Shown one piece after another: positions 38,885 through 53,252 of a stretch of DNA of 64,000 bases. Where the stretch lies: the NCBI GenBank assembly GCA_038496445.1, contig JALMLS010000165.1, forward strand, positions 62,001 to 126,000. Reading direction: 5' to 3'. Both the position numbers and the translations under genes were made by a program. The stretch comes from Trichosphaerium sp. ATCC 40318. Its lineage: Eukaryota > Protista > Tubulinea. Numbering within the stretch: the first letter of the stretch is position 1; each line of letters starts with the position of its first letter. Under the pieces are notes generated by a model. It was not told the origin of the DNA. It saw only the letters and a list, made by a program, of their open reading frames with translations, and did no database searches.

Positions 38885-39563
38885 ATGAGTTTGCTTGATT
38901 TGCCATTTGAACTTCAGCTACTTATTATAAGCGCTGATCACAGTATTTACTGTATATGGCCTTTATTTTCGAAAATAGCTGCTACCACAACCAGATATGA
39001 TAATAATCTAAACAAACATGGTCAGTTCAGGCGATGTAGTACAAAACCAAGTCATCACAAGGTAGGTAGAACATTATAAAAAAAACAGCATAAGAAATGT
39101 TGATTTTGTCCCTGACACGTGCTTCAGATCACCAACTTTAGTTAAAGATAATTATGTGTAATTAATACAAGTTTTTTAGTTGTATGCATACAGTGAAATA
39201 CAATATGAGTATGCTGTCTTTGAACATGGATTATTAACTGGAGAATACAAGAAGACTGATTCAAAAGGCACAATACTTGCGAAAGAGAACTATGTGAAAG
39301 GACTTAAACATGGTTGCTCTGAAACACGTTCGGGTAATGGAGCGATATTAATTGAAGGAGAATATCATAAAGGATCAAAGCATGGAGAATTTTGGAGTTA
39401 TAGATATGATGGACAAGTGATTGATGTGAAATATTATCTTGCAGGTGTAAGTGTAGATCACGATACTTTTCAACAAGGTGACGAGCTACTAAAATCTAAA
39501 AGTGTATGTGATATTGCTCATTACTTAGTATTGAGATCAATTATTCAGTGTAACTCTACATAA
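38885..39563 (+). CDS. F-box-like + MORN-variant repeat protein (intron-containing paralog)
   Basis: MSLLDLPFELQLLII..WPLFSKIAATTTRYD matches 17317 N-terminus; MORN2 repeats GLKHG, GSKHGEF in second exon. Confidence 0.7.
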
Positions 39564-39681
39564 TACTACTTATTGCAAAAAGACGTAAAAGTGTAACCAA
39601 GTTGACCTATTGATTAAATACTTTAGCATATGAGTAACAGTGGTTAACCACGTTAGATTGATTTACTTAATACAATAAATT

Positions 39682-40798
39682 TCATTGTATGCAACAACGT
39701 TTTGCTTCATTTGATGTTTTGCAGCGTCCCTTTTTTGTTCTGCTTTCAAATGCATACACTGCTTCATGAAACACTTTGTAGGAAAATAAGAGGAAGCAAA
39801 AAGAAACGGTAGAAGAAATATGAAATAGTAGCATACCTTTAACAACACCTTCACCAGAAATATTATCTATCTCACCATAATAAAAAGCCTAATAGAAATA
39901 TCAGCAACAAGAACACGTGATACTATCCTTGAAGAACCGAGGGCCATTTTTTCTTCAACATTTTTTATCACTTACACCTATCTTATTTGCCATCTCGGTG
40001 CCTTCTTTTGAGGTTATGAGTGACATATCATCTTTATTCTTAATGTAAAATGTGAGGGAAGTCCATAGCCTAAATAACGTACAGACAATGCTGCTTCTCT
40101 GTCATCCTTTTTGATCCCAACAACTATATAAGATGCATGCCTGGTATGTTTCGATTTACTAATTTCCTTAAACCACTGTTCTTTATTAGATTCTTCAAAG
40201 CTGATATACTACAAAGATAACGTACTTTATCTTCCACATTCACGAATGACTGACGGTCAACAAGCGAGAAGCAAAGCACAAACACACCCTATCAAAAAAT
40301 AACATGTCAAAATAATGGTGTTCAGAAAACGTGTTTGATAGCGAACCGTGGTTGGGTACTCCAGGATACGTAGTTGTTTGAACTCATCGCTGTGGAAAAT
40401 GTCCATTATTTCTATTTATCTGTTAATAACAAACACAGTGGAAACCACATGTCACCAAGGTTCGCTTTTCTTTGAATTGTACTTTCTTTTGAACTTAAAC
40501 AGCGTTTTTATCGCTACCCAGTTGTGCAAGAAGATTGCAAACAATTCTCTAAGAGCTACATACCTATTACTGTGCTGTCATCTGCTTTATACTCGTATTT
40601 GTGGTACACCCCAGCTACACTTCCGAGATCAGCGTCTGCGGGCTGTTCTTTGTTAACTATGAAGTCCACACGCTTCGCTAGATGCGATTTACCTTTGTTT
40701 TTATTTAGGTGTCATAGTTTCTAAATACACTGGGTATTACCCACTCTTGCATCTCCTAGAAGCAATACTTTGATAGCAGAACCCTTATTCTCGCTCAT
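39682..40798 (-). CDS. Atypical Rho/Rac-family GTPase with CAAX
   Basis: IKVLLLGDARVGKS; EIMDIFHSDEFKQLRILEYPTT (cf. DTAGQEDYDRLRPLSYP); FVLCFSLVDRQSF; VVGIKKD; ends KRCCIQ. Confidence 0.7.
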
Positions 40799-41579
40799 TG
40801 AAGTTACTTTGACCTAAACCGCGCCAATAAACCTTAAAAGTGTTTAAATATCCTTCACGAGCCGTGGTAGTTTGTATGTAGCAGCGGAAACAAAAGAGTT
40901 ACTATTATTAAACGCATTCAGTGAAGGTGCCAGGACTTGGCTACACTACAGTGCATGTTGTTGACTGTGTTTTTTCCTTGCATTAGTTTGAAAGATTGAT
41001 AGTTTCTTTTGTTAAATTATGAATGATCAAAACAAATAAAGACATGCACTTTGTACTTCTGTTCTCTTGCAACAACAAGAACTCGGAATCTGGAAATTAG
41101 GACGTGAAAATATGAAACAGATCAATGTGATAGCACGTAAGCACTGACGTATAGAGGATAAGGCTCTGTACAATATAGTGCAAAACAAAACCAGTAGCAT
41201 AATATTTCCATAGTGGCCACGTGCTCTACATACTGGCTGTTAACGCTGCTTCAACATAAAATGGATTATTTGCTTGGAAGTGATAGAAAATATAGGTGGT
41301 ACACATTCACGTGACACTCAGTACATTGAAAAACAATGCCACTCTTTTTTTTTGCAATTTTTATAAGCCGCTTATCGAGTCAATGCAGACAAGTGCTTGG
41401 CGCAGATAGATAAATTCGAAGGAAGATATCAGTGTTCGTATAACTCATTCCAAAAACTAAACTGACCTTAATATCTTCGAATTAAGTAATACAACACCGC
41501 CGCAAGTCGTACATTGTACAAGGTAAACTTCTACGCGTCCGTAATGCTTGTCTCACGTATTCGCTAGACGATTTTTTGA

Positions 41580-44431
41580 ATGATGCAGGTGTATCTAATA
41601 ACTGTCTTATACGCACTTACATGCGCCGCAACAGGTAATTTGCGTCTTTTAAACTCTTTTCCCATTAATCTCGCGCTATACTCAACACGAACGTTTAAAA
41701 CACGCAAAACTACCCCCTTTGAACTACAAACAAACGTTTTAAACTTTTTGGGAGTTGACGTCATTTTTGCCAAAACCAGCGATTTATAGAAACCACCGAA
41801 GCAAGAAAGAGTACATCTCCACCAAAGCGTTATTGCAATTACTCGCTTTTTTTTTTGGTTTTCTCAGTTTTGACGTTTCTTTAGTTTTGACGCCAATGGG
41901 AGTTAATTTCACGACTTCTACCAAGGTTGAATCAATGGTATGGAGAAAAACTTCAGAGAAATTACTTGTGGGAGTAGATGGGAGTGTTTTAGAGTTCGAT
42001 CCGTCTACAGGTAAATAATTTAATACATGAAATTAATCAAAACCAAAGTACTGCTCTTTGTGTGGTTGGTGTATACAATCAAACGCTCGACACATGTTGT
42101 TACATTGTGTTGGAGAATCCAACAAACCATCACACCACTATTGATTGTAGATACCAACCACATAAGTCATACAATTCAAACAAGTTGCAGTAGTCGAAAG
42201 CTGGTTTTGTTTTTGTTGAACTTGGATTTCCATAGTGGATTTGTTTCAATTGTTCTTTGTTTTATTAACATTGGTTGTAGGGCAAGTTACTGAAGTAATT
42301 AGCACCACTGAAACAGAGGATACCATACCACGAGGTAAAAAATACGTCAGCTTTATAACCTTTTTTTGTACTGTCGAAAAACCACTTAGTTTAGAGCCTT
42401 CAATTGATTTTAATATTACTCTTAGGTATCGCTATTCGTGGAAATGACGAGTATTTATATACCGGAGGACTAAATACAGGCGGAAACCGTGACAGAAACA
42501 TGGTAAGTGCCGCTTTCGAAAGTGTTTAATTAGCTTCAGTGAACGAGACCTAACTAACTTTGATTTACCATGAATACCCTCCCCGTTCCTCATAAACTAA
42601 TTTTTTACTAAAGGCTGTATTCGATATGAATGACTTTGGGTTTAATCAGCAGTTCAAACTTTATAAAGGTTCAAGAAGAGAAAATACAAGACAAATTGCT
42701 ATTAGTGATAATAACGAGTATTTACTGGTATCAATATATGACGAACCAGAACAAGGATTGCATGTGATGAGGTTCGAAGACGGTGAAGAAGAACCTGATC
42801 ATATTGCTTTCCTTGAAGCAAAAAAGAATGAGGAGTTTGTCCAGGTAAGACATGTGTATCTCTTGTTTCTTATGAACCATCTCATTTATTTACGCATTGA
42901 AAACCAGGCATGTGCTTTCTTTGGTAACAGAATATTCACAGCAATTGATAATCAAGTTTGGAGGTTTAATAATGTTGGTACAACATTTTACGAGACTATA
43001 CAACTGAACGCCAATTTCAACAAGGCAAAACTATTTTTTCGGGTTTTTTTCTTAATAGTATTGATCATTTATTCTTTCCTTTTCAGGTTCCGTTCCAACA
43101 GGTGAAGAGGATCTACATGACGAATTTGTAGAATTTGGTCAATCTCTACCGAACACAATTACAAGCTTAGCAGCTATTGCTAATAATGCTGTTCTAGCAA
43201 CAACAACTTCTTCTGTTTTTCTTGTTACTTCAACTGGTATGTCCTTGTTCTTTAAGTTGTGACGTATTTAAAAAGGCTTTAATACTTATTGTATACTATC
43301 AAGGCATTCAGAATCTTGAGCAAAACAGTAATGTTGCATTTGACGATTCTGACACTATCACAATACGGCCATCTGATAACACTGTGTGGATATCAGACGG
43401 TAACTTTGTTGCTGGTTATTATTATGGCACACCACCCACAGAAAGTCCAACTACTTTGCCACCTACTACATCACCGCCAACCACTGAACCTCCAACCACG
43501 GAACCTCCTACTACATTACCTCCTACCACTGAACCTCCTACTACGGAACCTCCAACCACTGAACCTCCTACTACAGAACCCCCAACAACACTGCCCCCAA
43601 CATTGAGACCAACAACTGTTGCGCCTAGCGTCAACAAATCTTGTGCTTTTATAGGAGGTGTTCAAAATGGATCGGAGTGCCTTTGTGGAGGAACCACAGC
43701 AGATATTGAAAATGTTCAGTGCTCAAACGGTACATGGACCATAAAGGAATCGTATGAGATCCCTCCTTTCGTGTTATTAAAGGCGCCTATCAACATACAA
43801 GGTAACAAATTGTTGAGTTTTTTTTTTGGACTTGGAAATGTTCGTCTATTAACTGTTTCTTTGCTTTAGGTAGCCTCAACTGGACAAATGGTGTTATTGT
43901 CTTTACTACCCCAGATTCAACGATAAATGTGTCCGGGTGTATCTCAGTTCAAGGTATGCGGAGTCACTTGGTCTTTTATTAAATTAAGTGTTTAGATGCT
44001 GAGGTATCACTTAACAACACAAACGGATTTCAAAACGGAGATTCTGTTGTTCTTGTGTCTTATGACCAAGCATGTCCTGAGATCGAAGAATTACCTACTA
44101 TAACTATTCTAGATAGTGACTGTAAACGAGCTTCAGGTATCTATGGTACGTAGTATGAACACAAATTCCAAAAATTGCTTTCAGAAAAAAAAACTCACAC
44201 AATTTATTAGATTCAAACAAACTTGTTGTCTCCTTTGATGTGTCATCATGTGACACATCAAACAAGAAATACTTAATACCTGTACTCGTAGGTATCTCTG
44301 GAGTACTGTTATTAATTACAGTGATTATTATCATAGTAGCAATTGTTGTACAACCAGCATGGTTATTTCCTTATAGAAGAAGACCAAAACATATTTACCA
44401 TGGTGATACCATGTTTGTGATTGCAGAGTAA
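41580..44431 (+). CDS. Type I membrane glycoprotein with Pro/Thr mucin-like stalk
   Basis: Signal peptide, beta-rich ectodomain, EPPTT repeats, Cys-containing segment with N-glycosylation sequons, TM LIPVLVGISGVLLLITVIIIIVAIVV and basic RRRPK tail. Confidence 0.75.
43428..43620 (+). repeat. Coding 15-bp tandem repeat ((E/L)PPTT) x ~12
   Basis: gaacctccaaccacg-type units with synonymous variation. Confidence 0.9.
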
Positions 44432-44945
44432 CTTCACTCTCTTTGCGCTATTTTATGGTATACTTGCAAAAATACCAATTTTTAATAAATACATACAACT
44501 ACTGTATCTATCTTGACCTCAACCTTTTGTCAAATACCATAAATGTGTCGTTTTGTTTTTACGATCCACACATACTATTAACGTAGAGCACATGACAAGT
44601 GACAACACTGCAGAATGAACATGGTATTAAAGCTATCAGCTAAGTATTGTATAGTTTAACAGGGTGTCAGTTGCAATTCATGATAAATGCAAATGTTTTA
44701 CCACTTGTCAGTGGTAATCCTCGAACACAACTTACCAGATTCAAACAAACTAGACTAGTACCATTTTATACATCCAAATGAGTATAATTGTTTGTACGTT
44801 TTTATTTTCAAGACTTTCCAAGCGTAATTATAATGGAACTAGTATGCGACTGGAAATCGGGTTAGTGTTTTTTGTGCAAAAATGTCACATACTTCTCTGG
44901 CTAGTCTTCTGGGAATTGTGGAAACCTATGCAGCTCCAAGCTTTC

Positions 44946-45746
44946 TTACATCATAGTACACCGTCTTTTTCTTTTACCAATAGGCTCTGTTATATTTTTT
45001 GCCATCTTTCTAACAAGTTGATAAAAAGATTCTTCAATATTAACACGTGTTTTTGCTGACGTCTCAAAAAAATCAAGTTTATAATGTTTAGCAAGCTCTT
45101 GGCCTTCTGCTATTGATACTTTTCTATGTTCTTCAATATCTACTTTATTACCAACCAACACACCAGGAAACGAGTTCACACCCTTAACTCTAAAGCAAAA
45201 AGTGAGACATCCTAACGATTAAACCCAAATGGTTATGTTTTCTCAGAAATTTTCTGTCGTGCTCCTTCTCAGGAGTTACTGGACTTTAGGCTGTAATTAG
45301 TACCTGATAATGCTCTCACAATATTCTGGGATTTTTTCAAAGGATAATCGGCTTGTCATATCATACACAACATAAAATCCTTCGCAGGAACGTATGTACT
45401 ATTAAAAAAAAATGAGATTTCCAATGTTTTTTTTTCAAAATACCTCACCGTGTCATACATTGTAAAATACTCTTCTCTGCCAGCTGTATCAAGAATGCTC
45501 AATGTCACTTCTTCACCATCTACTTCGCATCGTTTACGGTACCTAAAGGGAGTAAGAGGCTTTGTGTAACGTAAAAAGGCTAAAAGAGCTCTAAATGGCT
45601 CAAAAGTTACTAAAACGTGTAGTGTAGTACTCATTTTCTATTGTTGGGTCGTAATCAGCGATAAATTTGTCTAGTGCTACTCGTAATGTTATGTTTGATT
45701 TTCCAACTCCGCCTTGTCCAAGAACTACTATATTGTGCATTGACAT
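44946..45746 (-). CDS. Ras-family GTPase with Q61R-equivalent
   Basis: GQGGVGKS, YDPTIEN, LDTAGREEY, GNKVD, ETSAK, CAAX CTMM. Confidence 0.92.
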
Positions 45747-45879
45747 GCTAAAATCTGTGTTTGGTTGTGTGATGATAAAATAGAATTCATTGAACACTAG
45801 ACTGGACTTAACAATCAATAAGCCCGATTACTCGATTGATTCAACAAGACCAAAGAAGGCTTTTACCCATAAGAATAGA

Positions 45880-46884
45880 AGTTGAATCACAATGAGATAG
45901 GTTTACAGTATGACTGTACACCTCAATGCCTTGATACCTTCACCTGTTATTGATTGGGCAAAAGATAGGTCAATAGTGCATTAACACAAATAAGCGATTG
46001 CTGGAACCTGTGAAGTCTCTTAAATACGTCACAGTAAATAATAAGTGCCGAAAAACTATGCATGGGAGATACTGAACAGACAACTGTGAGTAAATATGTA
46101 AGTGTTAACTTGTTTATTTCTAGCCAACGTTGATGGTCGTCATACAACTAGTTAGACCCACTTTATATCCAATCCCTTAGTAGAATCTTTCAAAACCGTG
46201 CTAGGGTATACAGAAAAAGTTTTTAGAGATGTCATATACTTAAAGCAAAGCAATAACACAGTATAAGGTTCAAGATTTACCAAATTCTTCAAACCAGAGT
46301 CAGTAGCACTTACACTAAATAGCTTCAAGGTTTTGACATTAATCAACGATGATCTGTAATAACAGATCTTGTAGATTCAATCGCCAATGTGTTTACATTA
46401 CCACAAAGTTCAAGCCATGAGTTTTTGGACTGAATGATCATAACACCCTTTAGATACACGATCTCAAACAAAAAACATTTGAATATGATTGAAACTGTCA
46501 CCTTTAAGATATGCGATATCAAACAATAAACATTTGATTGAAAACTTAAGATACACAATTTCAAATAAAAACACTTGATCTCGATTGATTCTGGAGAAGT
46601 GAATGAAAGAGTATGAACGCCCGAAAGTGTTTATACTCCACTCAGCCGATGACATTTTTAGTTTCAAACGCTATGGGCTTCCGTTGAGAACGTGACAATC
46701 TGATGAACGTGCTAACCTGATAGAAACAAACCCTATATTGAGACGAATAATGTCATTGAAGAGATTAGACACTGTTGAAGCTGTAATACGATTCCTTTTA
46801 TCTAAAATAACTTAGAACATGCGCCAATGTCTCAGGTGGTAACTGTGGTACGGTTGTAGCGAAATTATGCTGTGTAGCTTCCAT
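45880..46884 (-). pseudogene. Decayed F-box/LRR gene
   Basis: PQLPPETLAHVLSY..RITASTVSNLFNDII resembles the 18563 F-box; LRR remnants ATDSGLKNLVNL; multiple stops and frameshifts; three imperfect ~45-54-bp repeats at 46449-46575. Confidence 0.55.
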
Positions 46885-47039
46885 CTTGTTATTCACAACA
46901 GTATCGAAAGGTCAGATAGTGTATTATAACCGTACGATGCTCGGAACACCTAAAAATCCTCAATGGTACTTAACACTTTCCCATCTAAGTCAACTCAAAT
47001 CAGCTTGTAAAAATTTGAACGATTACAAGACGACACAGC

Positions 47040-47960
47040 ATGAAATTTAAGATCGCTTATATTGTCGCTGTCATATTCTGGGGAGTAGCTATTGCAGCGT
47101 GTGTTTTGGGTTCTTTTGGGGAACTTTACATTGATGACGAGGGAGTGTAAGTGGCTGTGTAAAAAGTTAAAGTTGACGATGTTTTCTTGAAGCAAGCAAA
47201 CGTTTTACAGCACACGTGCGAATTTGGCGATATCTACTCCTTTGATAACTATTGATGATTCATTTGCGTACGCTGATTTGGATTGTGGTTCATTACCTTG
47301 GGTCGGTGATGAAAGAGATAGAGTACGTTTTTATTTTGCTTTTTTTTCGAAACGAGAACACGTCACGTGATTTTTAGCGTTGCTTTACAACGTTAGAGTT
47401 TTATAAATTATTTTACGCTACTTTAATTTATCACGTGATAGTAAATTGAGTAAACGTGCAGTTTTTAACTTATCTATCATAGTGTGTTCAACTCAAAGCC
47501 GCAGGGTACGTTTTTATAAAATGGGTAAAAAAAAAATTGTTGGGTTTTTTTGGGGAAAGCCTGAGTACTCATTGCGTTTGTTTTGCAGGTTTACTTACTT
47601 GGGACTATTGGTTATCACTATATTAACTCTCATAGTTACAGCAACATTACTGTTTATTAAAAAACTAGGTAAATAACGCGTGCCTATCGCGCTAGATTTT
47701 TTTGTTTGTCTCGCCATAATAATTATTAGGGCCAGCAAGAACAGGCGCTGTAACAGCAACTATCTTCCATTTTCTAGCAATTTTGATATGGTAAACAAGG
47801 CTATACCATGCCGCTAATACTAATTTATGCTCATAGGTGTGCTGTATTCCCTTACCAAAGTAATTTTTTTGATATCAACAAACCTGGATATGGTATTATT
47901 ATTGCTGGTCTTGGATGGGTTGCTACACTCATTGGTACCATTCTATCACTTGCTACTTAA
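47040..47960 (+). CDS. Four-TM claudin/PMP22-like membrane protein
   Basis: Four hydrophobic helices, two Cys in first loop, GYG motif before TM4. Confidence 0.6.
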
Positions 47961-48342
47961 TCGCCCAAAATAACACCAACAATCTCCATAAATTATAACG
48001 TAAAAAAGAAAACCAACAACACGTGTTATTAAAACAAATAGAAAGAAAGTTTGAAATTATCACGTGATAAACATTTTAAAATATCAGAAAGAAAAAAACC
48101 GCATTCTCGAACTTCTCTGCTTTTTCTCCGTTCTTCCATCAAAAAAGTTTAATGAGTATCAAATTTTAAACTTATATATACTTGATAATGCTTCATGGGC
48201 ATTCTTGGTTTTATAACTGCCATAGGTCGCTTTTTCTTTGTGATATTTTATTTTTTTTTTCTGTTTTTCTTTTGACATAATATAACTAAAAAATCTGCTC
48301 CCCGTTTCTCATCGTGCAGCGTATAAATATGAGTGTATATAC

Positions 48343-48990
48343 TTAAGCATCATCACGCAATTTAAGTCGTTTAAAAATATCAGCAGCTGAGAACTAAACA
48401 AGAGTTAAAAAAAAAGTCTTTTTTTTTACCAATAATTAAGAACAATATCACATACATGATTTTGTTGCAATTGTCCAAGTGCTTTCTCAAGAGCCAATAC
48501 TTTTTGTTCAGCTTTAAGTGCACGTGTCCTCTCTTTTTCTAGATACTTTTGTGCTTCAGAAATCTTACGCTTTGACTCTTCCAACTGCTTTTTGAGCGCT
48601 ATCAAAACTTAAGTTCAAAAAACGCCAACAAGCTTCAACTTACTTCGCAAGCGTTTATCCTTTTTCGTTTTAACTTGTGCAAAGTCTGTAACTGTAGGCT
48701 CATGTTTAAACTCCCCTGGACGTGTTCCAGTAAGATCAAGCTTAGGAACTACAAGTAAAGTAACTAAAAGCACGTGATTGCAAAAAATAAAACGTACTGT
48801 GTAATCCTGAATTTATTTTCTTATGTGTCAACTTAGGTAAATGTCCTGTGGACTTTCCTTTCTTGTACCTCTTACGCTTTGGCTCAAAATCACTAGACGA
48901 TTCAGAAAAGCTCATACGCGTTGGAGAGTCAAGTCCTCTATCTGTGACAGAACGTCGAGCTTTAGGTGCAGTCCTACTCCTAATCGACAT
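48343..48990 (-). CDS. Basic coiled-coil protein, unknown function
   Basis: PKRKRYKK NLS-like segment; heptad ALKKQLEESKRKISEAQ..ALEKALGQL; spliced. Confidence 0.55.
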
Positions 48991-49235
48991 TAAGATTTTG
49001 AAGAAAGCTCTTTAGTTAATACACTTACCGTGTAGTTTTTGACCTAGTCACTCTACTAATTTTTGTTTGTGAACGTGGTGATATTAGTTTATTATTCGTA
49101 TTGTATGACAAGCTTCGAGCTACGATACAAAAATAAGTTTAAAACACAGAGCAAAAAAAGAAAAAAAAAAGAGAAGAAAAACTTAGTGGATTTTTTTTTT
49201 TGTTTGACATTACAAAAACATATATGCTATATCAT

Positions 49236-50296
49236 CTATGTACCAAACCCTCCACCAGGAACAAGGCGATGTCTATTGTTAAGAGCTACTTTAAATTTTG
49301 AATCAATTTCTAGTGCCTTATCATAACATTCAATGGCTTTCTTGTGGTTGCCTAATCGCCTTTAAAAAAAAATCAGTCAGTGCGTGCTATAAGTGTAATA
49401 GAAAGACATAAAAACAACTAGAACTATTTTAGTACGCATTAACATACCTATACGATAGCCCTTTGTTATTCCAAGCCTCTTTGTTATTTGGATCAACGTC
49501 AATTACTTTATTATAGCATTGTATAGCGTTAAGCTGTCCTAAACGAGCATACGCAATACCTAGAACGCTTTAAGAACAATTTTAACAACAACCATCCGGA
49601 ATCGCACCCTTGTTGCTCCAGGCTTCTTTATGCCACGGTATAATCTCTGTTACTTTATCAAAACACTCTATAGCTGCAGTATATTGTAATTGATCGCAGT
49701 GAACAAGACCTACAGCGAATTTAAGAAATTCAATAAATAACCCACAATCAGTACAAAAAACGTACCTTTAAATAGCCAAGCCTTATCGTCTCTTGGATCT
49801 AGCGTCAGGACCTAGAAAAACAGAAAATAAGGCGCGAGTTCCAAAACGGACTTTTTGACAAAGTGGATCTATTTCATGAATTGCTTACTTTCTCGTAGCA
49901 TAATAATGCTGCATCATCTCTCAGCAGGTTTCTTAGTGTATCTCCTGTACTATGGTTATTTTAAAGTGACAAAAAAGGCAACGAATGAAATAGCGTTAGT
50001 TGAGTAGTTTAGAACTTGTTTTTGCGTATTTTGACATTGTTGACCAGTTTTAAGATCTTTTTTAGTTTTTCATTTTACTAACCTTTCCAAAGCCATGCAG
50101 ATTTATCCCCTGAGTTGGTGACGAGGTGCTTGTCTATCATACGCAAGGCCAAAGTAAAGTGCTCTTCTTTATAATACCTCAGGCCCTTTTTTAGATAATT
50201 CTGGCTCCCGCGCGCACTCGTAGCTTTAAAGCCAGGTGGAGGCCTACTAATGAAAGATGCATCTATTTTTTTTGATGCACCAAAACTACGCTCCAT
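49236..50296 (-). CDS. TPR-repeat protein
   Basis: AWLWKG, AALLCYEKVLTLDPRDDKAWLFKG, AIECFDKV, AIQCYNKVIDVDPNNKEAWNNKG. Confidence 0.88.
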
Positions 50297-50477
50297 TTAT
50301 CAAGTGAATACAACCGATTCCGCCAACGTGCAAGATTATGTATGGTACGATGCCGTTGGCTTGAATTTCGCGAACTACAAAGCTTTTCGACCCAAACTTA
50401 AGTAAAAGTCGACTTTAAGGCTTGTTCGCGTTCGGAAGCATTGCTGTTTCATTTCAAAAGCTCTTTATACAACAGGC

Positions 50478-53252
50478 ATGGCTGCGGCAACACTTAGTTC
50501 GTACGTTAATTTTAATCTATTATGGCTTCGAAACGATATTAACACATCACAGCTTATTGCCGGCCACGAAAAATACATACCATAAACTAGAGGATCAACC
50601 TTTGTATCCGGCAACTACAAAGGAGCTAGTATCTACCAAAGTCGTTATTCCACCATACGGAGATCGTAAAGGATGGCTACCAAGGACAATGGAAGATTTT
50701 GGGGATGGTGGTGCTTTTCCTGAGATACACATACCTCAGTACCCTTTAAACATGGGAAAGGACACAACAAAAGTGAGTTTTAGAAAAAACGAATGGTTTA
50801 CTGATTTTCATACACAGGGAACCAATGTTGTAAATTTACAAGCTGACGCTAAAGGAAACCTTAATTATGGCGCTATAGTAGAAGTAGGACGCCGAAAGAG
50901 TAAGTACAACAGATATTTTGAACATTTGGTTTTTTCCTCCAAAGACCGAAATTTGGACTTTTTTTTTTTGCTCTTAAAACAGTGCTGCACTCATCACATT
51001 GTTATTTATTGCGTAAATAGACGTATTAGGGTTTTTTTTTTGAAAATTAATCAAATTATCCCTCACGGACCAATTCTTCCTCCTGATGTCTTAGAAACTA
51101 TACTTACGTCATTATTTAGATGAAATTGTACATAGTAAAGCATCAGCGTTGCGTGTAAAACATTTCACAGAGGACGAACTTCAAAAACCTGATGACGAGG
51201 AAGAAAAAAAAGCAACAGAGGTAAATATACTATAACATAACTACAACAGTATTACTGCATATTTTCAAGCTATTCCGATGTAATATAATTTGTTTTGGAC
51301 TGAGAAAATTCACTTTTTTTCATTTTTTTTTCATTTGTTTTTTTGCTTTATTTCCTTTGCTTATATTATCATCTTAGAAAACCCGTGCTGCTTTAGAGAA
51401 GAGATTAAACATAAAAATCAATGCATCAAGACCAGCTGCAGTTGAACAAGTCGAAAAAGACGCAAAATATATTCGTTATGTTCCTGCTAACAAAGCCGCT
51501 TCTTTTAACTCTGGAGCTTCCTCACGCATCATTCGTATGGTAAGTACATCATAAACATCAAAATTATTACATCATGCCGTACTACAGGCGTTAAAACACC
51601 CAAAGAATTCAAAAAACTAAATTTTTTTTTCTTTAGGTTGAAAGCGTTTCAGATCCACTTGAGCCTCCAAAGTTCCGCGCCAGAAAGGTCCCAGCATCAC
51701 TTGAAGAACCTCCAGTACCAGTTATGCATTCACCTGATAGAAAACCTTCTGCAAAGACAAGAGAGGCATGGCGTATACCACCTTGTGTTTCTTTGTGGAA
51801 GAATAACAGAGGTTATACTATTCCACTTGAAAAACGTCTTGCTGCAGATGGTAGAGGACTACAAGAGGTCCAAATCAACCCACAATTCGCAAAACTATCT
51901 CAATCTCTTTATATCGCTGAGAGTAACGCTAGAGCTGAAGTAGCAAAGCGTCATGCTTTGCAACAACATTTGGCTCTTCAAGAACGTCAAGAGAGAGAAA
52001 GAGCATTGAAGGATATTGCAGAACAAGCTCGTCTTGAACGTCAAGGCATTGACTCTAAGATTAAAAATCAAAGAGGTAGAGATAAGGCTCTAGATGCTCG
52101 TGATGAGCTTCGTGAGGGTGAGAGACGTCTTAGAGAGCGTGCGCATCGTCTTGAGAACTTCAAGGGTGCAAACAAGTCAAAGTTCATGCGTGATAATGAT
52201 CGTGATATTTCTGAGAAGATCGCTTTGGGAATGAATGTTGCTCAGACCCAAGAAGCTCAGTATGATCAACGTCTCTTCAATCAATCGCAAGGTATCGATT
52301 CTGGATATGGAAATGATGAGGGTTTTGCTGTTTATGATAAGCCTCTATTCAGAAGAGATGACCACAGTCTCATCTTCAAAGCTCCTAAAAAAGATGATAC
52401 ACAAGTACGTTTTTTTTGCTTTGCATTGAAAGAGACCTCCACAACTTTCTTACTGACCGTTTATTTAGTATAGCGATATGTCACTTGATGATATAGTTAA
52501 CACAAAACGATTTAAGCCTCATAAAGGATTCAAGGGTACTGAGGAACAAGATAATGCTGCCAGAACAGAACCTGTTCAATTCGAAGAAGATGAAAATAAT
52601 GTCGATGGTTTTGGACTTGAGGAGTACACCAAAGAGCGAGAAAAGAGAGAATCACAACGTAAATCTCTTGGTGTAATGAACGCTGTTGGAGGTATGTACC
52701 GTAAAACCACGTGACTAATGGTAGCATTCAGAGAAATCAAAAACGACAAAAAGTTTTTCGTTATTTTATTTTCTCGTTTTATTCTGACATTTTCTTGTTT
52801 AGGTTCTGCTGGAGGTGCTGATGAACTTAAGGGTCGTAAACGTGATCGTATGGAATTCGAAGCAGCTAAGTCCCCAGATGAAAAAAAAAAGGCTGAAGAT
52901 CGTCCACGCAAGAGGACAAGAGAAGCAAGTCCTAGCGATTCTGATAGCGATTCATCGATGAGCAGTCCAAGAAGACGATCAAGAAGTCCACCTCGTCGTA
53001 ATGACAGAAGACAAGATTATAGACGCAATGATAGGCGTAATGATAGACGTGATTACAGGCGAAGAGATGATAGAAGAGATTACAGAAGAGATGATCGTGA
53101 TAACAGAGACCGTAGAGATCGTAGAGGTGAGAATACATATTGTTCTTTTTCCTCTTTCTAACTTTTTTAACTTTGTAGATCGCCGACGCTCTCGTTCTCG
53201 TTCAGGATCAAGAGATGAGTATGGTCGTAGAAAGGATAGCAGAGGAAGATGA
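50478..53252 (+). CDS. SNW1: SNW domain splicing factor SKIP/Prp45 with RS/RD-rich tail
   Basis: DFGDGGAFPEIH, DPLEPPKF, MHSP.RK, WRIPPCVSLWKNNRGYTIPLEKRLAADGRGL, RDISEKIALG, YDQRLFNQ, YDKPL. Confidence 0.96.

Noticed and set aside
42235-42447. Separate secreted-protein gene starting MDLFQLFF
   Set aside because: Starts at GTG within an intron; splicing 42011 to 42280 joins it in frame to the upstream exons
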